DNA of 64,000 nucleotides from an uncultured Acidimicrobiales bacterium (GCA_943788915.1 CALSSD010000010.1:372001-436000); one strand, 5' to 3'; shown: positions 1 to 10,152, counted from the stretch's first letter. The notes: generated from the letters alone by a model not told the origin. Numbers and translations: made by a program.

Positions 1-288
1 GAAGAAAAGGCTATGAATAAGGGTTTACGCAAAGCAAAACAGGCTGATGAGGTACTGGACGGCGTCATCGAGGCTTTCGCTGACTGCGCTTGGGAAGAAG
101 ATGTCCTGAACCAAACTGTGCGTGCGGTGGGTGACACACTAGGTGTGAAATCCGCGGTGCCTGTTCGGGTAGCAGTAACAGGAAAGATGGGCGGGATTCC
201 GTTGTACGGACCGCTTGTCCGGCTTGGCCGCGACAAGACAATTGACAGATTGCGAACCGCTCGTGAACACCTCCGAAGCAGCTCATAG
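1..288 (+). CDS. gltX: Glutamate--tRNA ligase, C-terminal part (5' truncated by window edge)
   Basis: Frame is open from base 1; PVRVAVTGKMGGIPLY...LGRDKTIDRL matches the GluRS anticodon-binding C-terminus. Confidence 0.85.
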   Translation, partial: EEKAMNKGLRKAKQADEVLDGVIEAFADCAWEEDVLNQTVRAVGDTLGVKSAVPVRVAVTGKMGGIPLYGPLVRLGRDKTIDRLRTAREHLRSSS

Positions 289-497
289 GCCATCCGATAT
301 CGAGGATCAGTACTGCGGTGAGGCGCGAGGTGCCGACGGTTACCAGTTTTGGACGACGAGCCCGGAAGATGAAGAATCGCTCGATATCCGTGAGCAGGTA
401 GCTGCCGGTATGACCGTACAAAAAGGTCGTCACAGAACCGCGGCGCAAGGTCTTCGGAGCGGGCGCATTCCGCCGCACAGCGATTCGGCTCGCGCTG

Positions 498-1070
498 ATG
501 ATCCTGATAACGGGCTTGCTGCTCATTGGCTACTTCGTTTTTACTTATGTGCAGGTCTTGGGCGCGGTAGGAGACGACCAAGCACAGGACGCTGATATCG
601 CGATTGTGCTTGGAGCAGCTCAATACAACGGTGCACCTTCGTATGTGCTGCAAGAACGACTAGATCATGCCTACAACTTGTACGACGCAGGCAAGGTCGA
701 ACGAATCTTTGTCACTGGTGCTGTTGCTGAAGGCGACGTGAAATCAGAAGGTCTGGTCGGTTTGGAGCACTTGCTGGCGAGAGGTGTGCCCGAAGAAGAC
801 ATCACGCTCATTCCCGAAGGCACCAATTCATGGCAGCAGCTATCGGCCTCGGCTGCCCAGATCGAGACGCTGCGGATGGACTCGGTCTTGCTGGTTTCGG
901 ACGGCTACCACAACTACCGCTTGCTCGCTATTGCCGACGAACTCGGTATCGAAGCCTATGTTTCGCCATCGGCCGTCGCTTCAACGACCATGAACGTGGT
1001 GCGTGAATCGGCAGCAGTCTCTATCGGGCGCATCACCGGTTACCGCCGGCTCAGCGCATTCACGGAGTAA
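498..1070 (+). CDS. YdcF/SanA (DUF218) family membrane-anchored protein; true start may be ATG 410 across a frameshift in the A5 run at 420-424
   Basis: N-terminal TM, then AIVLGAAQYNG, LQERLDHA, VTG, LVSDGYHNYR and RES motifs. Confidence 0.85.
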   Translation: MILITGLLLIGYFVFTYVQVLGAVGDDQAQDADIAIVLGAAQYNGAPSYVLQERLDHAYNLYDAGKVERIFVTGAVAEGDVKSEGLVGLEHLLARGVPEEDITLIPEGTNSWQQLSASAAQIETLRMDSVLLVSDGYHNYRLLAIADELGIEAYVSPSAVASTTMNVVRESAAVSIGRITGYRRLSAFTE

Positions 1071-1130
1071 CTGCTGGGGCAGCCGTCTGTTCGCGAGCCA
1101 GCAGAGGCTTGCCAAGGCACGCAGTTCGAC

Positions 1131-2147
1131 CTACCCGACGATGGTGCGCCAGCCATGCGGATCCGCAGCGACACCAGACTGGACATCAACGAGCGCCTGG
1201 CGGAGCTTGAGCGTGTTTGGGCCGGGTTGCCCGTCTCGTACCTGGGTCGTAACCCCGTCGGAGATAAGTGATCCGACCGGAGCGATTACGGCAGCGGTGC
1301 CGGAAAGGAACATCTCGGTGTCAGCGGTGCGTTCCATGATCTCGCTTGCAGGCACGGAACGTTCTTCGATCGTGTAGCCGAGGTCAGCGGCCATGGTGAT
1401 GATCGACGCGCGGGTTACGCCGTGCAGGAAGGAATCGTCGAGGTTTCGGGTGATCAGTCGGTTGTCGTCGACCATAAAGAAGTTGGCGGCTCCGGTCTCG
1501 GTCGTGTCGCCGCCAGTTGCGAACAACACCTGGTCAACGCCGTGGTTGGCCTTGGCCTCGAGAGTTGGTCCGAGTGCCATCACGTAGTTCGCGCCGCTCT
1601 TGATCGAGCCGAATTGGGGAGTAGTTCGAGGCGTTTCGGTCTCAACCAACAGGCTCAGAGGGCGAATGCCGCCAGCGAAATAGTCGCCGACCGGGCTGGT
1701 GAGGACGTAGAGCAGGCTGGTTTGGCTGGGCGCAGCAGCTGCGCCGATGTTCTGGTCGGCACCAAGAATCGTGGGGCGCAGGTAGAGCGAACCCGGCTGC
1801 GGCGGCGTGTGCTGCACGTTTGCAACGGCAGCGTCCATGAACATGGTGCGCAACAGATCGGCATCTGGAACGGGCAAACGTAGGAGCCCAATCGAGTTGC
1901 GGAACCGAGCAATATGGTCATCGAGACGGAAGATCGCCACTGAACCATCGGCCTGCTTGTGTGCCTTTAGCCCTTCGAAACAGGTGCTGCCGTAGTGCAG
2001 CGCATGCATTCCTGGATGAAGGGAGAGGTCGTCGAGCGGCTGTGCGGCCCCGCTGTAGGTGTATCCGGTTGGGCCGCCGTGGGCGACCGTGATTTGGTCG
2101 CCGAAAAGGGTGCCGAACGGTTCGCTGAAGGGATCTGCAGTAGCCAT
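1131..2147 (-). CDS. ilvE: Branched-chain amino acid aminotransferase (class IV PLP enzyme)
   Basis: LHYGSTCFEGLKA, LYLRP, KSGANY (PLP Lys), ETGAANFF, LHGVTR, SGTAAVI; start set at MATADP. Confidence 0.92.
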   Translation of the reverse strand: MATADPFSEPFGTLFGDQITVAHGGPTGYTYSGAAQPLDDLSLHPGMHALHYGSTCFEGLKAHKQADGSVAIFRLDDHIARFRNSIGLLRLPVPDADLLRTMFMDAAVANVQHTPPQPGSLYLRPTILGADQNIGAAAAPSQTSLLYVLTSPVGDYFAGGIRPLSLLVETETPRTTPQFGSIKSGANYVMALGPTLEAKANHGVDQVLFATGGDTTETGAANFFMVDDNRLITRNLDDSFLHGVTRASIITMAADLGYTIEERSVPASEIMERTADTEMFLSGTAAVIAPVGSLISDGVTTQVRDGQPGPNTLKLRQALVDVQSGVAADPHGWRTIVG

Positions 2148-2465
2148 CCGACCTATCGTAGGCGCTACATGGCATGACACTTGTGTTGGATTGAATGACT
2201 CAACTTCTGCACTGGATGTGACTGTGCGCGGTAATTTCCTGGGCGCTGAACCCGCAGGTGCAGATGGTGGTCGAAGGTCATACTGATTCGGTAGGCCCCG
2301 AGGCAAACAATCTTGCCTTGTCCTGGCTGCGGGCCGAGGCAGTGGTGGACTATCTGGTGAGCCGAGGTGTTGATGTCGAACTTCTCGATCTGTTGGCTGG
2401 CGACTAATCACCAGCTCAGGAAAACGAAAGAAGTCCGTTGCCGGAGCAACGGACTTCTGACTGGG

Positions 2466-2540
2466 TCGGGCTGGTGAGATTCGAACTCACGACCCCCTGC
2501 TCCCAAAGCAGGTGCGCTAGCCAAGCTGCGCCACAGCCCG
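2466..2540 (-). tRNA. tRNA-Pro (TGG)
   Basis: Reverse complement CGGGCTGTGGCGCAGCTTGGCTAGCGCACCTGCTTTGGGAGCAGGGGGTCGTGAGTTCGAATCTCACCAGCCCGA folds as a cloverleaf; CCA not encoded. Confidence 0.95.
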
Positions 2541-2681
2541 AGGACTTCTCACCGAGGTGGGAAATCTTCGGCGCTAAGTATGCCCTATTCATCAGACAAA
2601 TCAATGGTGATTTCAGTCATATGCGCGCGATCGGCCAAAATTGTCGTGATCCCACGAGCTGAGCCACCTAAGGAAACCGTG

Positions 2682-2969
2682 ATGACTACACAACTTCGAC
2701 GCTATGACATCGCAGACAAGGCCGGACTTGACCGCCTCGTTGCCTGGTTTCCCAAGCTCATTCCGGTCAGGGAGAAGTACGGGTTTTCGGTCGATTGGGC
2801 CTTCGCCGATTACGAACACCTGCAATTCATATGGTCGGTGAGCCACGACGGTGACTTCGACGCAGCGATGGTGGAATACGACCCATCGCCCGAACGTGCC
2901 GAAGCCTTTGCCGGATTTGATAACCCCATTACCGGCATGAAGGTCGGTTTCGTTGACAGGGTGGTCTAG
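2682..2969 (+). CDS. NIPSNAP-like small protein
   Basis: TQLRRYDI...LIPVREKYGF...FIW...DPSPERA pattern; AAGGA RBS before the start. Confidence 0.6.
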   Translation: MTTQLRRYDIADKAGLDRLVAWFPKLIPVREKYGFSVDWAFADYEHLQFIWSVSHDGDFDAAMVEYDPSPERAEAFAGFDNPITGMKVGFVDRVV

Positions 2970-3100
2970 GTCGGAGCGGGCAACCGAGGCGCTGGGTCAC
3001 AGCTGACTTCGGTGGAGCCGGTGACCGAAGCCGAGGTGCCAGCGTTTCGTTCAGTCTGTGTGCCGAGGCTTGGGCACTCTTCTCGGTCGGGCGACGGGGG

Positions 3101-4327
3101 ATGGCAATTGCCCTTGTCGCTCTCGGATTGTTAACTAGTGGGGTGTCTGAACTGTTGCTCCGTAATGTTCGCCCCTGGCCGTCAACGCACGAAAGCGAAC
3201 CTGTCGACATTCTGATTGCCGACGGGGTCATCCGTGGGGTTGGCTCTGGTCTCGCGGCACCCGGTGCGGTGGAAGATGCCAATGGCGCGATGGTCCTCCC
3301 AGCATTCACGGACTTTCATACCCATCTTGATATGACCAGGCTGGGTCTGCCGTTCCGGCCACACACCGGTGGACCCACGCTGGCCGACCGCATCCAGAAC
3401 GACCTGGACAATTGGCGTTCAGGCGAGCGGTCCGTCGCCGACGGTGCCATCTACACGTTGGGGAGGATGATCTCATTCGGAGCGACACGAGTGCGTAGCC
3501 ACGCTCAGATCGACCCCGATAGCGGCTTGGAACGACTCGCCGGGGTCGTTGCGGCTCGTGACGCTCACCAGCAGCGCTGCAAGGTGCAGATCGTTGCGTT
3601 TCCTCAGACAGGGATCCTGAAGTCGCCAGGAACCGAACAGATGCTCGACGAAGCGTTACGTTCCGGTGCCGATCTGATCGGCGGGCTCGACCCTCAAGGC
3701 TTCGACGAAGATGCTGAGGCCCATCTCGACATCATCTTCGGGCTTGCCCAGACACACGGCGTCGGGGTTGACATCCATCTGCATGACAGGGGAGAGGTTG
3801 GCGCTCAGCAAATCGAGATGATCTGCGCCCGGGCAAGCGAGCTAGCGAACGACGTCACGATCAGTCACTGTTTCGCGCTCAGCAGCGTCGACGAACGCCG
3901 AGCGAATTCGCTGGTCGATGCCATAGCAGCGGCAGGTGTGAGCGTGGCCACGGTAGCGCCTGGCACCTTTGCGCCAATGCCCCTTGAGCAACTGCGAGAG
4001 CGTGGTATCGGGTTTGGCCTTGGCCAAGATGGCATGCGTGACTACTGGTCGCCTTACGGGACCGGGGACATGTTGGATCGGACCTGGCAGCTGGCGTTCA
4101 CGAACGGTTTTCGCCGCGACGACCTGATCGAGGCATGTGTGGACACCGCAACCGCCGGCGGTGCAGCGCTTATGGGCATCAACAACGTCGGACTTGAGGT
4201 TGGCGACGTCGCTGACCTGGTCGTGCTGCCGGGCGACACGGTCACCAGTGCGGTCATGGATCGCCCACAACGCCAGCTCGTGATCCAAGACGGAGCTGTC
4301 GTCGCCCGCAACGGCCAGCTCGTCTAA
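3101..4327 (+). CDS. Metal-dependent amidohydrolase, cytosine deaminase-like (start may be GTG 3143)
   Basis: DFHTHLD, VRSH, QIVAFPQ, DIHLHD, TISH, GQDGMRDYWSPYG, ADLVVL. Confidence 0.88.
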   Translation: MAIALVALGLLTSGVSELLLRNVRPWPSTHESEPVDILIADGVIRGVGSGLAAPGAVEDANGAMVLPAFTDFHTHLDMTRLGLPFRPHTGGPTLADRIQNDLDNWRSGERSVADGAIYTLGRMISFGATRVRSHAQIDPDSGLERLAGVVAARDAHQQRCKVQIVAFPQTGILKSPGTEQMLDEALRSGADLIGGLDPQGFDEDAEAHLDIIFGLAQTHGVGVDIHLHDRGEVGAQQIEMICARASELANDVTISHCFALSSVDERRANSLVDAIAAAGVSVATVAPGTFAPMPLEQLRERGIGFGLGQDGMRDYWSPYGTGDMLDRTWQLAFTNGFRRDDLIEACVDTATAGGAALMGINNVGLEVGDVADLVVLPGDTVTSAVMDRPQRQLVIQDGAVVARNGQLV

Positions 4328-4360
4328 CGCCCGCTGACAGCCGAAACGTACAATTGGCCG

Positions 4361-5980
4361 ATGTCTATTCCGCTTGAGCCATACAACCTGTACACGAGCG
4401 ATCCGGTGCTGCGACGCTCGGTCGAGCGCGAAGGCGCAGGTCAGGCCAACTCGGCTCTTGAAACCTTCGGTGAACGTGTTGGATCTGCCGAGGTGTCGGA
4501 GTGGGGTTTCCAGGCCAACCGGCACAGCCCCGAGCTGGTCACCCACGACCGTTTCGGCGAACGCGTCGACGAGGTTCGATACCACCCGTCGTATCACCGG
4601 CTCATGGATCTGTCTGTTGGTGCCGGGCTCCATGCATCCCACTACGACGGGCAACCCGGCGATGGCTCCTACGTGGCCCGCACCGCGCAGATGCACATGA
4701 TCAGTCAGATCGAGGTCGGTCATGGCTGTCCTGTCTCGATGACTGGGGCAGTGCTGCCGGCGTTGCGCGAGCAGCCGGATCTTGCCGCTGTGTGGGAGCC
4801 CCGGGTTCGAACCCGTTCCTATGACCCACGCCTCGTCGACCCAGCCGCCAAGTCAGGCAACCTGCTTGGTATGGGCCTGACCGAGAAGCAGGGCGGCAGC
4901 GATGTACGCGCGAATACCTCAGAAGCTGTTGCGGTCAACCGCGGCGGGCCTGGCGGCGAATATCGTCTCACCGGCCACAAATGGTTCACATCCGCGCCGA
5001 TGTGTGACGCCTTCCTGATGCTCGCCCAAGCGCGCGGAGGCATTTCGTGTTTTCTGGTGCCCCGCATCCTTCCCGACGGGGCACGTAACTCGCTGCACCT
5101 CATGCGCCTGAAGGACAAACTCGGCAACCGTTCGAACGCATCAAGTGAGCTTGAATACGCCGACGCTGCGGGGTGGCTTGTTGGCGAAGAAGGCCGAGGT
5201 ATCAACGTCATCATCAAGATGGTTACTGCCACCCGGGTCGATGTAACAAACTGGTCGGCGTCGCTGATGCGCCAGGGCGTGAGTCAAGCCGCCTGGCACG
5301 TTTCACAGCGCGAAGCCTTCGGCGATCTGCTGATCGACAAGCCGCTCATGCAAAATGTGCTCGCTGACCTTGAGCTCGAAACCGAGGTCGGCACGATGAT
5401 GGTCATGCGGCTCGCTGGAGCGTACGAACGAGCCCCCGTCAACGAACACGATGCCGTGTTCCTTCGCCTAAGTTCGGCGGTTGCCAAATACTGGCTTAGC
5501 AAGCGCTCCACGCCGGTGGTTCGCGAAGCACTCGAGTGTGTCGGCGGCAATGGTTACGTCGAGGAGTCGATCATGCCCCGGTTGTACCGAGAGGCACCGC
5601 TGAATGCGATTTGGGAAGGCGCAGGCAATGTCATTGCGCTGGATGTGCTTCGAGCGCTGCAACGAGCTCCTGAGAGCGGCCAAGCGTTCCTCGACGAACT
5701 CGAGCTTGCCCGAGGTGCCGATCGTGTTTATGACGCAGAACTCGACCAGCTCCGCCAACTGGTCACGAGTCCCAACCTGGCAGAACGAGACGCACGTCGA
5801 CTGGTCGAACGCCTGGCCGTGTGTTGGGGAGCCTCGTTGTGCCTGCGTCATGAACCGAGCATCGCTGACGCCTACGTGCGTTCTCGTCTCGACGGTGATT
5901 GGGGGACCGAGTTCGGCACCCTGGGCTCGCACGTCGATGTCGATCTGATCGCTCGGCGGGCTATTCCTAACCCAAAGTGA
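4361..5980 (+). CDS. aidB: Acyl-CoA dehydrogenase, AidB-like
   Basis: GHGCPVSMT, GMGLTEKQGGSDVRANT, GHKWFTSAPMCD, RLKDKLGNRSNASSE, REAPLNAIWEGAGN. Confidence 0.85.
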   Translation: MSIPLEPYNLYTSDPVLRRSVEREGAGQANSALETFGERVGSAEVSEWGFQANRHSPELVTHDRFGERVDEVRYHPSYHRLMDLSVGAGLHASHYDGQPGDGSYVARTAQMHMISQIEVGHGCPVSMTGAVLPALREQPDLAAVWEPRVRTRSYDPRLVDPAAKSGNLLGMGLTEKQGGSDVRANTSEAVAVNRGGPGGEYRLTGHKWFTSAPMCDAFLMLAQARGGISCFLVPRILPDGARNSLHLMRLKDKLGNRSNASSELEYADAAGWLVGEEGRGINVIIKMVTATRVDVTNWSASLMRQGVSQAAWHVSQREAFGDLLIDKPLMQNVLADLELETEVGTMMVMRLAGAYERAPVNEHDAVFLRLSSAVAKYWLSKRSTPVVREALECVGGNGYVEESIMPRLYREAPLNAIWEGAGNVIALDVLRALQRAPESGQAFLDELELARGADRVYDAELDQLRQLVTSPNLAERDARRLVERLAVCWGASLCLRHEPSIADAYVRSRLDGDWGTEFGTLGSHVDVDLIARRAIPNPK

Positions 5981-6107
5981 CTCATCCACTCCGAGGCAGT
6001 CACTAGATCATTTGTAGCGCTGTCATCGCCCGTTCGATTGGCCTTGACCATCTCGACGTCGGTCGTATTCCAGAGTGGGTTTTGTGGTGGCCCTCCCTGC
6101 TGCTAAC

Positions 6108-6120
6108 TTGCATATTGCAA
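6108..6120. promoter_or_regulatory. Palindrome TTGCA-TAT-TGCAA, candidate operator for the HxlR regulator of the MFS operon
   Basis: Perfect 5-bp inverted repeat ~110 bp upstream of the MFS start; regulator assignment is inference. Confidence 0.4.
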
Positions 6121-6229
6121 CTCAACTTGAAACGATCGATCGATAACCCACGATGGACAACCTGGACCAACCGCCATCTGTTTCGGGGCACTGCGCTCCG
6201 CACCCGATCTTTGACCAAGGGGTCATTTC

Positions 6230-7639
6230 GTGACGACGTTGCCGGGAGCTGACGGGATGGCGACCCGCACGCAAGACAAGAATGCCTCGCTGACTCTTGG
6301 TATTGCTGGCCTCGCTGCCATGGCGACGTACCTTGACACGACCATCTTGTTCGTTGCATTTCCGGGCATCACTGCCAGCTTCGATACTTCGTCGACCTCA
6401 ACGTTGTCGTGGGTGCTCAATGCATACACCATCGTGTTTGCTGCGCTACTCGTACCTGCTGGCAAGCTCGCAGACCGGTTCGGTCATCGCCGTGCCTTCC
6501 TCGTTGGATCAGCAACGTTCTCGATGGCATCGTTAGCCTGTGGCATCGCCCCGTCAGCCGAGTTATTGATCGGCGCTCGGGTCGTCCAAGGCGCTGGAGC
6601 GGCGATCTTGGTCCCAGCGTCTCTTGCTCTGGTGATGGCCGCGTTCCCGAAGGACAAGCTCCCCCAGGTGATCGCCATCTGGGGGGCGATCGGTGCGTTG
6701 TCGGCGGCACTTGGCCCCTCGCTCGGCGCTCTCATTATCGAGGCCTTCGGATGGCGCTGGGCGTTCTTCATCAACCTGCCCGTTGGTGTTGCCACCATCG
6801 TCGCCGGTACCCGGTACCTCCAAGAGTCTCGTGACCCGCTCGTTCGGATTCCATCATTGGCGGGCGTCGCTCTGCTGACGGGGGCATCGAGCGCCATCCT
6901 GTATGGGCTTGTCGAGTCAGACAACGTCGGGTGGGCGAGTTGGCAGACGATCGGCTTTGGTGTCGGCGGCACGGTTCTCCTCGCGGTGTTCGTCATCCAC
7001 CAACGTAGAACCGAAGCACCGACGCTCGACCCAGAACTGTTTGCCCTCAGAAACTTTCGCTGGGGAAATCTTGCGATGCTCAGCTTCAACATGTCGTTCA
7101 CCGCGATGTTCTTCGGGCTCATCTTGTTTCTGGTCAACGTGTGGGAGTGGTCGATCCTCAAGGCCGGGCTCGGTGTAGCGCCCGGCCCTGCTCTAGCTGC
7201 TGTCTTCGCTGCGAGGTTCGGCAAACTTGCAGGTGAAATCGGGCAACGGCCGCTGGTGATCCTGGGAGGACTCGTTGCCGCTGCGAGTGGGTTCTACCGC
7301 TTACTCCTTCTCGACGAAGGCGTCGACTATCTCGTCGATTTCGGGGTTCCGCTGTTTCTGTCGGCGATCGCTATTGGATTGGTCTTCCCCCAGGTGACCA
7401 GTGTGGCTGTGCAGGCAGTGCCGGGGAACCGCGTCGGTGTCGGCGGAGCGACTACCCAAGCAGTGCGGCAGTTCGGCGGATCGCTTGGTGTTGCTCTGAC
7501 GATCACGTTGCTGGGCTCGGCCACCGACAAGCTCGATCTCGTCGCCGGGTTCAACCGCATCTGGTGGCTTGTCATCGTAGGTGGAGTCGCAACAACACTG
7601 TTCGCACTCCCATTGCGCACGGGCAGGGCCGCGATATGA
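6230..7639 (+). CDS. DHA2 (EmrB/QacA) family MFS efflux transporter
   Basis: LDTTILFVAFP, WVLNAY, GKLADRFGHRR (motif A), RVVQGAG, GWRWAFFINLPVG; about 14 TM. Confidence 0.92.
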   Translation: MTTLPGADGMATRTQDKNASLTLGIAGLAAMATYLDTTILFVAFPGITASFDTSSTSTLSWVLNAYTIVFAALLVPAGKLADRFGHRRAFLVGSATFSMASLACGIAPSAELLIGARVVQGAGAAILVPASLALVMAAFPKDKLPQVIAIWGAIGALSAALGPSLGALIIEAFGWRWAFFINLPVGVATIVAGTRYLQESRDPLVRIPSLAGVALLTGASSAILYGLVESDNVGWASWQTIGFGVGGTVLLAVFVIHQRRTEAPTLDPELFALRNFRWGNLAMLSFNMSFTAMFFGLILFLVNVWEWSILKAGLGVAPGPALAAVFAARFGKLAGEIGQRPLVILGGLVAAASGFYRLLLLDEGVDYLVDFGVPLFLSAIAIGLVFPQVTSVAVQAVPGNRVGVGGATTQAVRQFGGSLGVALTITLLGSATDKLDLVAGFNRIWWLVIVGGVATTLFALPLRTGRAAI

Positions 7640-8007
7640 CACCCATCGAGAACGAAATCGTCTGGCGTTCAGAGTGTCCGATCAGTAGTGCACTCGACGT
7701 GCTTGGTGACAAATGGTCACTCCTGGTCATTCGTGACCTTGTCGTGCATGGCACCCGCACCTATTCGGACTTCCGTGACGCTCCCGAAGGTATTGCTACC
7801 AATATTCTTGCGACTCGACTCAACCTGCTCTCGAGCCTCGACCTCATCGAACGAGTCGATCCTGAACGTTCGGCGCGGGGTAACGCGTACCGGCTCACCG
7901 AACGAGGTGCAGCATTACGACCCATCCTCGTCGAGTTCTTGAAATGGGCACAATGCCATCTCGTAGACATGCACCCCAGCATCCACGGCGACGCCCGCAT
8001 CCGCTAG
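7636..8007 (+). CDS. HxlR family winged-helix transcriptional regulator
   Basis: CPISSALDVLGDKWSLLVIRDL...EGIATNILATRL...YRLTERG; ATGA overlap with the MFS stop. Confidence 0.92.
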   Translation: MTPIENEIVWRSECPISSALDVLGDKWSLLVIRDLVVHGTRTYSDFRDAPEGIATNILATRLNLLSSLDLIERVDPERSARGNAYRLTERGAALRPILVEFLKWAQCHLVDMHPSIHGDARIR

Positions 8008-8115
8008 CTGGTGTGCGATTAAAGAAGCAGTCCTGGGAAATCTGCGCTGACGCAGCGGGGATTGTGGCACCAGACGATGGTTGGCAGTTGCCACGTGCGA
8101 CTTTGCACAAAACGG

Positions 8116-8149
8116 AACAATCCTGGGTGGCGAACCACCCAGGATTGTT
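8116..8149. terminator. Hairpin, probable terminator after the tRNA-Gln/Glu pair (may be bidirectional)
   Basis: aacaatcctgggtgg-cgaa-ccacccaggattgtt, perfect 15-bp stem between convergent units. Confidence 0.7.
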
Positions 8150-8155
8150 TTCCAG

Positions 8156-8228
8156 TACCCCGTACGGGATTTGAACCCGTGCTACCACCTTGAGAGGGTG
8201 GCGTCCTAGGCCGCTAGACGAACGGGGC
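8156..8228 (-). tRNA. tRNA-Glu (CTC)
   Basis: GCCCCGTTCGTCTAGCGGCCTAGGACGCCACCCTCTCAAGGTGGTAGCACGGGTTCAAATCCCGTACGGGGTA. Confidence 0.95.
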
Positions 8229-8334
8229 CGGACTCTGTATCTCACGGCGGGTCTCATTTCCACTGTGATTTGTCACCGAAGTGACCGCCACCAAAAGGCG
8301 GCGAAACGTCTTGAAACGAGGTTCAAGACACTTG

Positions 8335-8406
8335 CTCGGGCGGGAGGACTTGAACCCCCAACGACTGGACCAGAACCAGCTGTGTTACCAATTACACCAC
8401 GCCCGA
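8335..8406 (-). tRNA. tRNA-Gln (CTG)
   Basis: TCGGGCGTGGTGTAATTGGTAACACAGCTGGTTCTGGTCCAGTCGTTGGGGGTTCAAGTCCTCCCGCCCGAG. Confidence 0.95.
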
Positions 8407-8475
8407 TTGCGACGACTCATCGTAGCGCCCGATATGGAATCGGCCACGCAGATTTCGTCGTTATTCGAAAGGCGA

Positions 8476-8958
8476 CTACTCGAGTGCGCCGTCGACCTTG
8501 TCCATTGCGTCGTCTTCGCTCACATCGAGAGCGAAGCTCAGCTCACTGACCAGCACAGAACGAGCCTTTTGGTACAGGGTCTTTTCGCCAGCGGAGAGGC
8601 CCTTGTCGCGATCACGTAGTGCGAGGTTTCGAACTACTTCGGCAACCTGGTAGACGTCACCTGACTTGAGCTTTTCCTGGTGGTTCTTGAACCGGCGGCT
8701 CCAGTTCGACGGCTCGCGTACGTCGCGCTTCTTGAGTACGTCGAACAAGTCATCGACGTCGTCGCCACTAATTGGCCACCGCATGCCAACGTCGTCGACG
8801 CTGTCGACAGGAACACGGAGAACCATTTCGCCATGAGCCATGCGCAGAACGAGGTACTCGCGCTCTTCATGGCCGAACGCGGTGATCGTCTCTTTTTTCT
8901 CGACCACGGCTGCACCGTGATGAGGGTAAACAACGCGGTCTCCGGCCTTGAACGACAT
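8476..8958 (-). CDS. carD: CarD RNA polymerase-binding transcription factor
   Basis: MSFKAGDRVVYPHHGAA...NWSRRFKNHQEKLKSGDV...GLSAGEK. Confidence 0.97.
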   Translation of the reverse strand: MSFKAGDRVVYPHHGAAVVEKKETITAFGHEEREYLVLRMAHGEMVLRVPVDSVDDVGMRWPISGDDVDDLFDVLKKRDVREPSNWSRRFKNHQEKLKSGDVYQVAEVVRNLALRDRDKGLSAGEKTLYQKARSVLVSELSFALDVSEDDAMDKVDGALE

Positions 8959-9066
8959 AGTGCTCCATAACGATGGCAAAGCGAACACACAACAATGCCC
9001 GAACCCGAGAGCGATTACACCCTCACGTGACAGATTTTCGTGGTTCCGGGCAACTAGTTTCTCTAG

Positions 9067-10140
9067 GTGCGATCACCCCAGCTTCTTCGTCGTGTTGCTG
9101 CAGTGGTTGGTGTGCTTGTGATCGTGATCGTAGCGAGCTTGTTCTTCCTTCGAAGCCGGTCGGTTACAACGGCCGCACCGTTGCAGCGCCTCACCTTTGA
9201 CTTGGTAAGCCCACAGTCGGTTCAGATGCGCGAACCCGAAGCCCGAACCGTCGACGCCTATCGCGGCCACGGAACCTGGGTCGATGGCTTCGACTATTCG
9301 CCGCCGTATGCCGCCAATGGCATCCCACCGCTCTCGCCGAGCGACGTCGACGATATGGCCGCTGCAGGCGTACAGACGTTGTACATCCAATCGGGCCGAC
9401 TCGACGATCGCTCGCCAGAACTGTTGGAAGATCGATGGTTGCTCACCGAGTTCTTGATGCGGGCAGACCAACATGACATCGATGTGGTCGCGTGGTATCT
9501 ACCGAAATGGGACCTCGACACCGTCGACCTTGACCATCTGATGGCCGCCCACACCTTCGAGGCTTTGGGGTACCGATTCGATGGGGTGGCCGTAGACATC
9601 GAGTGGAACCAAGATGGGCTCGATGTCGCTGAGCGCAACGACAGGTTCGTGCGCCTCTCCCGGCTGTTGAGTATTCAGACCGGAGCTGATCCTCTTGGGG
9701 CCATCGTGCTGCCACCGGTACAGACCGAGGTCATCAACCCGGCGTTCTGGCCAGACTTCCCATGGTCAGATATCGACAATCTGTACGACGTCTGGTTGCC
9801 GATGAGTTATTGGTCATTTCGAAGTGATCCCTACGGAGATGGCTATTCCTACAACGCCGAGAGTGTGCGCAGGCTCCGCGAGAACCTGGGTGACCCCGAC
9901 GCTCTGGTGCATCCGATTGGGGGCATTGGTGCTCAGCTGAATGCACCTCCTTCGGGAACGGAGCCCTATATCGCTCGGGTCGACCAGCTCGACGGGTTCG
10001 CACAATCACTTATCGACACCGGCTCCATCGGTGGGTCGATCTATGACTGGCTCACGCTTGATGTCGACGGCCGAGCGAAGATGGCTGAGCTGTTCGACAC
10101 TGGAATCGCCGCCAGTCTTGGCGCAGCGGGCAACAGCTGA
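9067..10140 (+). CDS. Membrane-anchored protein with a probable GH18-like TIM-barrel domain
   Basis: N-terminal TM; FDGVAVDIE (chitinase-like motif), VVAWY, LPMSYW, GGSIYDW. Confidence 0.55.
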   Translation: MRSPQLLRRVAAVVGVLVIVIVASLFFLRSRSVTTAAPLQRLTFDLVSPQSVQMREPEARTVDAYRGHGTWVDGFDYSPPYAANGIPPLSPSDVDDMAAAGVQTLYIQSGRLDDRSPELLEDRWLLTEFLMRADQHDIDVVAWYLPKWDLDTVDLDHLMAAHTFEALGYRFDGVAVDIEWNQDGLDVAERNDRFVRLSRLLSIQTGADPLGAIVLPPVQTEVINPAFWPDFPWSDIDNLYDVWLPMSYWSFRSDPYGDGYSYNAESVRRLRENLGDPDALVHPIGGIGAQLNAPPSGTEPYIARVDQLDGFAQSLIDTGSIGGSIYDWLTLDVDGRAKMAELFDTGIAASLGAAGNS

Positions 10141-10152
10141 ACGTCTGATCCT

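Noticed and set aside
2148..2411. N-terminal extension of the ilvE ORF to 2411
   Set aside because: Low-complexity sequence not resembling IlvE; family similarity begins at MATADP (2147)
2466..8228. Genomic island between tRNA-Pro and tRNA-Glu
   Set aside because: No integrase, no duplicated tRNA 3' end seen, and no obvious composition shift
9010..9031. TGTCAC upstream of carD as a third PafBC-like promoter
   Set aside because: Lacks the ACCC extension and has no -10 hexamer at the 10-nt spacing
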